Shown piece by piece: positions 23,689 to 32,750 of a DNA stretch of 64,000 nt. How positions within the stretch are numbered: the first letter of the stretch is position 1; the number at the start of each line of letters is the position of its first letter. A model generated the notes under the pieces. It was not told the origin of the DNA. It saw only the letters and a program-made list of their open reading frames with translations, and did not search any database. The position numbers were made by a program, and so were the translations under genes. The DNA lies in NCBI GenBank assembly GCA_963741955.1, contig CAVUKB010000005.1, forward strand, positions 1,056,001 to 1,120,000, in the 5' to 3' direction. The stretch comes from an uncultured Acidobacteriota bacterium (lineage in GTDB: Bacteria; Acidobacteriota; Thermoanaerobaculia; Gp7-AA8).

Positions 23689-25560
23689 TCAGTCAGCGAG
23701 CGTGAGATGGAACACCGAGGAGTCGACCTCCACCATCGCGCGCCACTGCTCCGCGATCGCAATCGAGATCCGGTCACCGTAGCGCGACAGGCGCCGCAGC
23801 AGCTTCTGCAGCGACGGCAGCTGCTCGCGCCGGAGGTCTTCGATGTTGAGAGTCACGGTCGAACCACTCCGTCGCAGAATGCGCCGGAGCTGTCGACCGG
23901 TCCGGCGGAAACCCTTCCGATCGACTCCCGTACCGAGCGAGATCGAAAAATGCGGCATCGCCGCCCGCGCATTTTCGAGCTTCAGCTTCAGGGCTCCCGT
24001 ATCGACATACTGTGCGAGACGCTTCTGCAGCCTCGCCAATCCCTGCGACGCCACCCGCTGGTCGCCCTCGACATGCGGCCGGAAATTCCTCACCACGTAA
24101 TCGCGCATGGCGAGTCCGGTGATCCACTCCGAGATCACCATCGGCACCTGCCGAGGGGTCGCCGGAGCGAGAGTCCGGAGGAAGTGGATGATTCTGCCAG
24201 GTCCCCCTCGTCCCAACCCTCTCGTCGCGAACCGCCACGCGATGGCGGCCTGCTTCGCCATCCCTTCCCTGCTGGAATAGAGGGGGCGACGAAGCACCGG
24301 TAGCTTCGCCCGGATGCGGTCCGCGATCCCGCGGTAGCTGCAGAGACGCAGATAGAGCTCGTGGTACCCGCGGACCATGGTGTCGTACGACATCCGCTTC
24401 GGGATCACGTTGGTTCCGAGTCTGGTGTTGTCCGACTCTGCCGCTCCCTCGATCAGGCGTCCCTCCGACCGCAGCCGCTCGTAGAGTGGCGTCTTCGGAA
24501 GCGCGGTGAGAAGTCCGACCATCGCGACCTGAATCCCCGATCTCATGATGAAACGGTACTGGCGCTCGAACGTCGACTCGCTGTCGTGATCGAATCCGAC
24601 GATGAAGCCGGCGAAGATCTCGATTCCATGCGCGTAGATCCGCCGGATGGACGTGAGCATGTCCTCACGCATGTTCTGCACTTTTCCCGTCTCCCGAAGG
24701 CTTTCGGCGTCGGGCGACTCGATCCCGATGAACACCCACTGAAAGTTCGCCTCGCGAAAGAGCGCGAGGAGGCCTGCGTCCCCGGCGAGGTTGAGCGACA
24801 CCTCGGTTCCGAAGCGGAACGGCATTCGATGCTCTCTCTGGTACTCGCCGAGGAACCTCACCAGCTCGCGCGCCGTGCGGCGGTCGCCGATGAAGTTGTC
24901 GTCGACGAAGAAGAGATTCTTCGCTCCGAGCGCGCGGAGTGTGTCGAGCTCACGAGCGACCTGTTCGAGCGACTTCGTACGCGGCTTGCGGCCGAACATC
25001 ACGATGATGTCGCAGAACTCGCAGGTGAATGGACAGCCGCGGGAGAACTGGAGCGTCGCGTTCGTGTAGCGGTCGAGCTTCAGAAGGTCGAAGCGGGGAA
25101 CCGGCGAGTCGGCGAGATCGACGGTACCGGTCTCCCTGTACAGCTTGCGGGGTGCACGCAGCGCGAAGTCGGCGCAGAACTCACCCCAGATGTACTCCGC
25201 TTCTCCCGCGATGACTGCATCGGCGAGAGCGTCGAACTTCTCGGGACAGAGCGAGGCGTAGCTCCCTCCCGCGACGACGAAGTATCCCTTCTCGCGATAG
25301 AAGGAGAGAAGCTCGCGCTGCCGCGGGAACTGCACGCCCATGCCGCAGATGCCGATCAGATCGGCGTCCGGCGCGAGCGGAACGGATTCGATGTTCTCGT
25401 CGACGATCTCGATCGTCCAGCCGGCTGGCGAGAGTGCCGCGAGCGTGGCGAGACCCAGGGGAGGATTGATCGAACGCTTCGACGGGAGGACCGTGTCGAC
25501 TGCCCACTTGAAACTCCAGAAGCTCTCGGGAAAACGGGGATTGATCAGCAGCAGTTTCAT
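23689..25560 (-). CDS. B12-binding radical SAM protein (DUF4070/HpnP-like)
   Basis: MKLLLINPRFPESFWSF, PPLGLATLAA, SRGCPFTCEFC, FVDDNFIG, GFIVGFD. Confidence 0.88.
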   Translation of the reverse strand: MKLLLINPRFPESFWSFKWAVDTVLPSKRSINPPLGLATLAALSPAGWTIEIVDENIESVPLAPDADLIGICGMGVQFPRQRELLSFYREKGYFVVAGGSYASLCPEKFDALADAVIAGEAEYIWGEFCADFALRAPRKLYRETGTVDLADSPVPRFDLLKLDRYTNATLQFSRGCPFTCEFCDIIVMFGRKPRTKSLEQVARELDTLRALGAKNLFFVDDNFIGDRRTARELVRFLGEYQREHRMPFRFGTEVSLNLAGDAGLLALFREANFQWVFIGIESPDAESLRETGKVQNMREDMLTSIRRIYAHGIEIFAGFIVGFDHDSESTFERQYRFIMRSGIQVAMVGLLTALPKTPLYERLRSEGRLIEGAAESDNTRLGTNVIPKRMSYDTMVRGYHELYLRLCSYRGIADRIRAKLPVLRRPLYSSREGMAKQAAIAWRFATRGLGRGGPGRIIHFLRTLAPATPRQVPMVISEWITGLAMRDYVVRNFRPHVEGDQRVASQGLARLQKRLAQYVDTGALKLKLENARAAMPHFSISLGTGVDRKGFRRTGRQLRRILRRSGSTVTLNIEDLRREQLPSLQKLLRRLSRYGDRISIAIAEQWRAMVEVDSSVFHLTLAD

Positions 25561-25703
25561 GGCCCGGCCCTCCGGCGGTAAACATTCAGCATACTCCTCT
25601 CCCGGCGTGAGGGTCTGTGACGGGTCGAGGCTCCGACCTCCCACCGGCGATTCGCGATACACTCCTCGGCCGGCGCACCCCTCGAAAGGAAGGAGATTCC
25701 CGT

Positions 25704-27809
25704 ATGCGACCCCTCTCTCGTCTCGCACCTCTCGCAGTGATCGCCCTCTTCCTCTTCCTCCCTCTTCCTCTCTTCGCAGCCGAAGGGGCGGCGGCAGGGC
25801 ATTGGGAGGGTGCGATCGACATCCCCGGTTCGCCGCTCGACGTTTCGGTCGACCTCTCGCAGATGAATGGCGCGTGGAGCGGGGCGATCTCGATCCCCCT
25901 GCAGAATGCGAAAGACCTCCCGCTCACGAAGATCTCCGTAACCGGTTCGAGCGTCTGGTTCTCCATCGCCGGCATACCCGGCAACCCCACCTTCACCGGA
26001 TCGCTGAGCTCCGACAGCCAGAGAATCACCGGGAAGTTCACTCAGGGGGGTCAGACCTTTCCGTTTGCCCTGGAAAGAAAGCAGCCTCCCGCGGCTGCGG
26101 CGACCGAAGCACTCCAGGGTTTCGACGCATTCGTCCATTCGACCCTCGCGCCGTGGCAGGTTCCCGGCCTCGCGATCGCGGTGGTGAAAGACGGGAAGAT
26201 CGCGTACACCCAGGGGTTCGGTCTCCGCGACGTCGAGAACGATCTTCCGGTGACGCCCGACACCCTCTTTCCGATCGGCTCCGCCACCAAGGCATTCACG
26301 ACGTTCACCCTCGGCACGCTGGTCGACGAAGGAAAGCTCGACTGGTCGAAGCCGGTGAGGAACTACATCCCCGATTTTCAGATGTTCGATCCCGTGGCCA
26401 CCCTCGAGATGACCCCGCTCGATCTCGTCACGCATCGCTCCGGGCTCCCCCGTCACGATCTGGTCTGGTACAACAATCAGGACCTCACGCGCGCGGAGAT
26501 CGTCCACCGGTTGCGCTACCTGAAGCCGTCCGCCGAGTTTCGTCAGCGGTTCCAGTACAACAACCTGATGTTCCTGACTGCCGGCGACCTGATCGAGCGG
26601 CTCACGGGAAAGACGTGGGAGGAGGCCGTGCGCGCTCGCGTCCTGGATCCTCTCGGCATGACCCGCACGAACTTCTCCGACGCGAGCTCGCAGCAGGATC
26701 CCGACTTCGCAAAGCCGTACCGCACGGACGAGGGAAAGGTGGTCGGGATTCCGTTCCGCGAGGTCGGGAACATGGGGCCCGCCGGATCGATCGACTCGTC
26801 GGTGGACGAGATGTCGCACTGGATGATCGCCCACCTCGAGAAGGGAAAGTTCGACGGGAAGCAGGTCATCCAGCCCGCCACGCTCGACCAGATTCACACG
26901 CCTCAGATGTTCATCTCTGCGCTTCCCACCGACGCCGACGGCGCTCCCACCAGCTACGCCATGGGATGGTTCGTCTCCAGCTATCGCGGTCACCTCACGC
27001 TCGCCCACGGAGGCAACATCGACGGATTCAGCGCGCTGGTGACGCTCTATCCGTTCGACGACGTCGGCATCGTCGTGCTGACCAACGCCGAGGGAACGCC
27101 GCTCCCCGGCATCATCACGAAACATGCAGCCGATCGCCTTCTGGCCCTCCCGCACCGGGACTGGAATTCCGAAGCTCTGGTGAAGAAAGTCCAGGGAGAG
27201 AAGGTGGAGAAAGAAGCGGAGTCGAAGAAGGCCACATTCCGCAAGAACGGAACGCATCCGTCTCATCGGCTCGAGGAGTACGCCGGCGACTACGAGAATC
27301 CCGGCTATGGCGTCATTCACGTCACCCTTGCGGGTCAGACGCTCACCGCCACGTACAACGGGATCGCCACCCCTCTCGAGCATTGGCACTACGACGTTTT
27401 CAACGGGGTGAAGGCCGCCGATCCGGTATTCCGAGAGATGAAGTATCAGTTCCGATCGGACCTCGATGGCGACATCGCCTCTCTCGCGGCTCCGTTCGAG
27501 CCGTCCGTCGATCCGATCGTCTTCACGAAGAAGCCGGATGCCCGGATGTCCGACGCCGCGTACCTCGGCCAGTTCACCGGCGAGTACGTGCTCGGACCGC
27601 AAACGATCCGCGTTTCGCTGCAAGGCTCGTCGCTGATCCTCGATGTCAGTGGCCAGCCTCCCTACGAGCTGGTACCGGCCGTCGCTGGATGGTTCGACCT
27701 GAAGGGACTGACCGGTTTTCGCGCACGTTTCGAGAGCGATCCGAAGAGTGGAGAGGTCTCGCTGGTCCTCGCTCAGCCGAACGGCGTCTTCACGGCGGCG
27801 CGGAAGTAG
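25704..27809 (+). CDS. Beta-lactamase-family serine hydrolase with DUF3471-like C-terminus
   Basis: SATK (SxxK), YNN, HGGNIDGF; signal peptide; AAGGAG RBS. Confidence 0.88.
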   Translation: MRPLSRLAPLAVIALFLFLPLPLFAAEGAAAGHWEGAIDIPGSPLDVSVDLSQMNGAWSGAISIPLQNAKDLPLTKISVTGSSVWFSIAGIPGNPTFTGSLSSDSQRITGKFTQGGQTFPFALERKQPPAAAATEALQGFDAFVHSTLAPWQVPGLAIAVVKDGKIAYTQGFGLRDVENDLPVTPDTLFPIGSATKAFTTFTLGTLVDEGKLDWSKPVRNYIPDFQMFDPVATLEMTPLDLVTHRSGLPRHDLVWYNNQDLTRAEIVHRLRYLKPSAEFRQRFQYNNLMFLTAGDLIERLTGKTWEEAVRARVLDPLGMTRTNFSDASSQQDPDFAKPYRTDEGKVVGIPFREVGNMGPAGSIDSSVDEMSHWMIAHLEKGKFDGKQVIQPATLDQIHTPQMFISALPTDADGAPTSYAMGWFVSSYRGHLTLAHGGNIDGFSALVTLYPFDDVGIVVLTNAEGTPLPGIITKHAADRLLALPHRDWNSEALVKKVQGEKVEKEAESKKATFRKNGTHPSHRLEEYAGDYENPGYGVIHVTLAGQTLTATYNGIATPLEHWHYDVFNGVKAADPVFREMKYQFRSDLDGDIASLAAPFEPSVDPIVFTKKPDARMSDAAYLGQFTGEYVLGPQTIRVSLQGSSLILDVSGQPPYELVPAVAGWFDLKGLTGFRARFESDPKSGEVSLVLAQPNGVFTAARK

Positions 27810-27914
27810 ATTCAGGGAGCCGCCGAGTGCGACACGCGGGAGACCAGCGCCACTCTGCCGCTCCGTCGGGTCGACTCTTTGATAGAGTCGACCGGATGCG
27901 GACTCGACACCAGC

Positions 27915-28236
27915 ATCGAGGATCGAGGATCGAGGATCTGAGAGGCACCGGGAGAAGAGGATCGAGGATTCGATATCTGTATCCGGGACCTCGATCCTCG
28001 ATCCTCGATGTTTTTCCGATCCTCGATCCTCGATGCTTTCCAACCCCCGGTGCCTTTCAGATCCTCGATACCAGATCCTCGATCCTCGATGCTTTCCAAC
28101 CCCCGGTGCCTTTCAGATCCTCGATCCTCGATGTTTTTCCGATCCTCGATCCTCGATGCTTTCAGATCCTCGATCCTCGATGTTTTTCCGATCCTCGATA
28201 CTCGATGCTTCTCAGATCCTCGATGCTTCTCAGATG
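27915..28236. repeat. Inverted pair of heptamer tracts: (GAGGATC)n followed by (GATCCTC)n
   Basis: 27915-27970 is the reverse complement of the units at 27988-28236; includes a duplicated ~60-bp higher-order unit. Confidence 0.9.
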
Positions 28237-28254
28237 CTTTCGGAGGTATAGCGC

Positions 28255-31200
28255 GTGAAACGAACACTCAGCATTGCATTCCTCGCCCTCTTCGTCACCG
28301 GCTCGCTCTTCGCCGCACCCCCGTCGAAAAGCTCCAGTGACGATGGGAAGAAGTCCGGCGCATATACGGCGGACACGTTCCAGGGACTCGAGTTCCGCAG
28401 CATCGGTCCCGCGGTCATCTCCGGGAGAATCGCCGACATCGCGGTCGACCCGAGCGACCATCACACCTGGTACGTCGGCGTCGCATCGGGCGGCGTCTGG
28501 AAGACGGTGAACTCCGGAACCACCTGGACGCCGATCTTCGACGACCAGAAGTCGTACTCCATCGGTGCGGTGACCGTCGATCCGAAGGATCCGCTGGTGG
28601 TCTGGGTCGGCACCGGCGAGAACAACAGCCAGCGCAGCGTCTCCTGGGGCGACGGCTTGTACAAATCGACCGACGGCGGCGCGAGCTGGAAGCTCTCCGG
28701 TCTCGACAAATCCGAGCACATCTCGAAGATCGTGATCGACCCGCGCGACTCGAACGTGGTGTGGGTCGCCGCACAGGGTCCGCTCTGGAACTCCGGCGGC
28801 GACCGCGGTCTGTACGAGACGGCCGACGGCGGCAAGACGTGGAAGAAGATGCTCGACGTCAGCGCCGACACGGGCGTCACGGACCTCGTATTCGATCCCC
28901 GCAACCCCGACGTGATGTATGCCGCCGCCTACCAGCGCCGGCGACACGTCTGGACGCTCATCGACGGCGGCCCGGAATCGGCGATCTACCGCTCGCGCGA
29001 CGGCGGCGCCAGCTGGGAGAAGATCGACAAAGGCCTCCCGAAGACGGATCTCGGACGGATCGGTCTCGCCATTGCTCCTTCCGATCCGGACAAGCTGTAC
29101 GCCATCGTCGAAGCAGCCGACGACAAGAGCGGCTTCTTCCGCTCCACGAACGGCGGCGCGAGCTGGGAAAAGATGAGCGATTACGTCTCCTCCAGTCCGC
29201 AGTACTACCAGGAGATCGTGGTCGATCCGCACGACGCGAACCGGATCTACTCGATGGACACGTGGCTGCACGTCTCCGAAGATGGCGGGAAGACGTTCCA
29301 GCGACTCGGCGAGACGTGGAAGCACGTCGACAACCACGCGCTCTGGATCGAGCCGTCGAACACCAGCCATCTGGTGGACGGATGCGACGGCGGCGTGTAC
29401 GAGAGCTTCGACCGCGGCAAGACGTGGGAGTTCAAGTCGAACCTCCCGCTCGCGCAGTTCTACCGCCTCTCGCTCGACAACGACGTGCCCTTCTACCACG
29501 TCTACGGCGGGACGCAGGACAACAACACCATCGGCGGCCCGACCCGCACTTCGAGCGCTAGTGGCATCGTCAACTCCGACTGGTACATCACCGTCGGCGG
29601 CGACGGCTTCCAGCCGCGTGCCGATCCCGAAGACCCGAACACCGTCTACTCCGAATATCAGTACGGAGGACTGGTTCGCTACGATCGCCGCAGCGGCGAG
29701 GCAGTCGACATCCGCCCCGTCGCCGCACCGGGCGAAGCTCCCCTCCGCTTCAACTGGGACTCGCCGCTGATCATCAGCCCGCACTCCCATACCCGGCTCT
29801 ACTTCGCCTCACAGAAGATCTTCCGCTCCGACGATCGCGGCAACTCGTGGACCGCGATCAGCCCCGACCTCACCCGCGGACTCGATCGCAACAAGCTGAA
29901 AGTGATGGGACGCGTCTGGGGCGTCGACACCGTCGCCAAGAATGCATCGACCTCGTTCTACGGAAACATCGTCTCGCTCAGCGAGTCGCCGCTGCAGGAA
30001 GGACTGATCTACGCCGGAACCGATGACGGACTGATTCAGGTCACGGCCGACGGTGGTCAGCACTGGACGAAGATCGACAACGTCCCCGGGATTCCACAGT
30101 ACGCGTACGTCGCCGATCTCGAGACCTCACAGCACGACGCGAACACCGTCTACGCCATCTTCGAGAATCACAAGATGGGGGACTTCAAACCGTACGTCCT
30201 CGAGAGTACCGATCGCGGCAGGACGTGGAAGAACATCAATGGCGATCTCCCGACGAACGGCCCTGCATGGACGATCGTGGAAGATCCCAAAGACGCGAAC
30301 CTTCTCTTCCTCGGCACCGAGTACGGCGCGTTCTTCTCGCGTGACGGCGGCGCGAAGTGGATCCAGCTGAAGGGCGGCATCCCGACCATCGCGGTGCGCG
30401 ATCTCGCCATCCAGCCGCGGGAGAACGATCTCGTCGCCGCGACGTACGGCCGCGGCTTCTACGTCCTCGACGACATCACGCCGCTCCGCACCACCTCTCC
30501 CGAGCTGCTGCAGAAGGATGCGGTCCTCTTCTCCACTACGAAGACGGCGTGGATGTTCATGCCATCCACTCCACTCGGATTGAAGGGAAAGAGCTTCCAG
30601 GGCGACTCCTACTACGCCGGCGAGAATCCTCCCTTCGGCGCGATTCTCACGTACTACCTGAAAGACTCCCTCGAGAGCCGGAAGGAAGCTCGCCAGAAGT
30701 CGGAGATGAAGCTCGAGAAGGAGAAGAAGGACGTCTACTACCCGACCTGGGAAGAGCTGCGGCTCGAAGACCGCGAACAGAAGCCCGCGATCGTTCTCAC
30801 CGTCAAAGACGAAGGGGGGAACGTCGTGCGCCGCATCACCGGGCCGGTGAGCGCAGGCTTCCATCGCGTCGCATGGGATCTCCGTTACCCGGCCGCGAAT
30901 CCGGTCGAGCCCAGCGGAGCGAAACGCGAAGAGGATCCGTTCAGCCAGGGTCCCGAAGGACCGATGGTCGCTCCGGGAACCTACACGGTGACTCTCTCGA
31001 AGCTCGCCGATGGTCAGTTCACCCCGCTCGGTGATCCGCAGACCGTGAACGCGAAACCGCTCGGCCTCGTGAAGCTGACCCCCGAGGAGACCTCTGCCTC
31101 ACTCGCATTCGAGCGCAAGGTCGCACGCCTCCAGCGAGCGGTGCTCGGCGCCGCTCGAAACGTACGGGAGACGTCGAGTCAGATCGATCTCCTCCAGAAG

Positions 31201-31563
31201 GCACTCCTCGACACGCCGCAGGCCGACCCGAAGCTCGCGGCAACCCTCGTCTCCCTCCACAACCGTCTCGCCGACATCAGTGAGAAACTCCTCGGCGACC
31301 GTGTGGTCGGGAAGTACAACGAGCCTGTCCCTCCCTCCATCCGCGAGCTCGTACAGGGCGTGGTCGAAGGACAGTGGAACACCACGTCCGCGCCGACACA
31401 GACACAGATCGATGCTTACAACGCGGCGGCGAAGGAGTTCGCTCCAGTGCTCAATGACCTCCGCACAATCGTCGACGTCGATCTGAAGAACGTGCAGGAC
31501 GCAATGGAAAAGGCCGGCGCGCCGTGGACCCCGGGACGCGTTCCGGTGTGGACGCCGGAGTAA
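28255..31563 (+). CDS. Secreted BNR/Asp-box (VPS10/sortilin-like) glycosyl hydrolase
   Basis: Repeated SxDGGxTW boxes; GGTQDN, RFNWDSP, ATYGRGF; signal peptide. Confidence 0.88.
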   Translation: MKRTLSIAFLALFVTGSLFAAPPSKSSSDDGKKSGAYTADTFQGLEFRSIGPAVISGRIADIAVDPSDHHTWYVGVASGGVWKTVNSGTTWTPIFDDQKSYSIGAVTVDPKDPLVVWVGTGENNSQRSVSWGDGLYKSTDGGASWKLSGLDKSEHISKIVIDPRDSNVVWVAAQGPLWNSGGDRGLYETADGGKTWKKMLDVSADTGVTDLVFDPRNPDVMYAAAYQRRRHVWTLIDGGPESAIYRSRDGGASWEKIDKGLPKTDLGRIGLAIAPSDPDKLYAIVEAADDKSGFFRSTNGGASWEKMSDYVSSSPQYYQEIVVDPHDANRIYSMDTWLHVSEDGGKTFQRLGETWKHVDNHALWIEPSNTSHLVDGCDGGVYESFDRGKTWEFKSNLPLAQFYRLSLDNDVPFYHVYGGTQDNNTIGGPTRTSSASGIVNSDWYITVGGDGFQPRADPEDPNTVYSEYQYGGLVRYDRRSGEAVDIRPVAAPGEAPLRFNWDSPLIISPHSHTRLYFASQKIFRSDDRGNSWTAISPDLTRGLDRNKLKVMGRVWGVDTVAKNASTSFYGNIVSLSESPLQEGLIYAGTDDGLIQVTADGGQHWTKIDNVPGIPQYAYVADLETSQHDANTVYAIFENHKMGDFKPYVLESTDRGRTWKNINGDLPTNGPAWTIVEDPKDANLLFLGTEYGAFFSRDGGAKWIQLKGGIPTIAVRDLAIQPRENDLVAATYGRGFYVLDDITPLRTTSPELLQKDAVLFSTTKTAWMFMPSTPLGLKGKSFQGDSYYAGENPPFGAILTYYLKDSLESRKEARQKSEMKLEKEKKDVYYPTWEELRLEDREQKPAIVLTVKDEGGNVVRRITGPVSAGFHRVAWDLRYPAANPVEPSGAKREEDPFSQGPEGPMVAPGTYTVTLSKLADGQFTPLGDPQTVNAKPLGLVKLTPEETSASLAFERKVARLQRAVLGAARNVRETSSQIDLLQKALLDTPQADPKLAATLVSLHNRLADISEKLLGDRVVGKYNEPVPPSIRELVQGVVEGQWNTTSAPTQTQIDAYNAAAKEFAPVLNDLRTIVDVDLKNVQDAMEKAGAPWTPGRVPVWTPE

Positions 31564-31571
31564 AGCTCGCG

Positions 31572-31606
31572 CATGGTGCACCCGGGGCGATCCCGGGTGC
31601 ACCATG
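31572..31606. terminator. Perfect 15-bp hairpin after the BNR gene
   Basis: CATGGTGCACCCGGG-gcgat-CCCGGGTGCACCATG; no long U tract. Confidence 0.55.
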
Positions 31607-31708
31607 TTCAGAAGACGAATTCAGAATGCAGAGTGCAGAGTGCAGAATCGAGAGGTCCAGGTCCTCCGCATCACAGGCTTGCGTCAGCCCGAAGGGCGGC
31701 ACCTTGTT

Positions 31709-31889
31709 AACCCGCATTTCTCACACCGTCTCGTCGCGAGGAGGCGGAGAGTGGCTTGGATGCAAGGCGCGCCCGGCTTCGGCAACGAAGGCATAGTGGT
31801 GACTATGTCGAGGAGCCGAAGCCGGGCGCAACGCTGCAGACAGGCCGCTATCCGTCTCCGCAGCAGAGATGGTGTGAGAAATGCGGGTT
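31709..31889. mobile_element. 181-bp palindromic MITE-like element, copy 1
   Basis: Terminal inverted repeats AACCCGCATTTCTCACACC...GGTGTGAGAAATGCGGGTT; empty sites nearby. Confidence 0.65.
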
Positions 31890-32190
31890 TAGCCCCCGCC
31901 GTCAGGCGGGGGTTCGGAAGTCCCCGGAATTCAGGTGTGAGCCCCCGAAAGGGGGCGGTACCTCAGCAGAGTGCAGAATCGAGAGGTCCAGGTCCTCCGC
32001 ATCACAGGCTTGGGATAGCCCGAAGGGCGGCACCTTTGTTTAGCCCCCGCCGTCAGGCGGGGGTTCGGAAGTCCCCGGAATTCAGGTGTGAGCCCCCGAA
32101 AGGGGGCGGTACCTCAGCAGAGTGCAGAATCGAGAGGTCCAGGTCCTCCGCATCACAGGCTTGCGACAGCCCGAAGGGCGGCACCTTGTT

Positions 32191-32371
32191 AACCCGCATT
32201 TCTCACACCGTCTCGTCGCGAGGAGGCGGAGAGTGGCTTGGATGCAAGGCGCGCCCGGCTTCGGCAACGAAGGCATAGTGGTGACTATGTCGAGGAGCCG
32301 AAGCCGGGCGCAACGCAGCAGACAGGCCGCTATCCATCTCCGCAGCAGAGATGGTGTGAGAAATGCGGGTT
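32191..32371. mobile_element. 181-bp palindromic MITE-like element, copy 2
   Basis: Near-identical to 31709-31889. Confidence 0.65.
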
Positions 32372-32663
32372 TAGCCCCCGCCGTCAGCCCGAAGGGCGCC
32401 ACCTTGTTTAGCCCCCGCCGTCAGCCCGAAGGGCGGCACCTTGTTTAGCCCCCGCCGTCAGGCGGGGGTTCGGAAGTCCCCGGAATTCAGGTGTGAGCCC
32501 CCGAAAGGGGGCGGTACCTCTGAATTTCGTGAATATCGAGCAGCGGCCATGGAGGGATGCAGGCCTCGGTTCACCCTGACTGCGGAGCAGTCCCTTTGAA
32601 ACAACGAACGCACGCTATGACTGCGCGCTCCTAGATCTTCCCCGTTCTCTCGTGATCAAGAAC

Positions 32664-32690
32664 AAAGGCCCCGGAGTCCGGGGCCTTTTT
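32664..32690. terminator. Probable intrinsic terminator
   Basis: AAAGGCCCCGGA-g-TCCGGGGCCTTTTT between convergent genes. Confidence 0.7.
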
Positions 32691-32750
32691 GTCTCGTCTT
32701 CTGAATTCTGAATTCTGCATTCTGCATTCTGAATTCGTCTTCTCCCCCGC

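Larger units (their letters stand above)
31610..32520. repeat. Mosaic of REP-like hairpin modules with a 482-bp duplication
   Basis: GCCCCCGCCGTCAGGCGGGGG and GCCCCCGAAAGGGGGC each x3; GCCCGAAGGGC x5. Confidence 0.88.
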
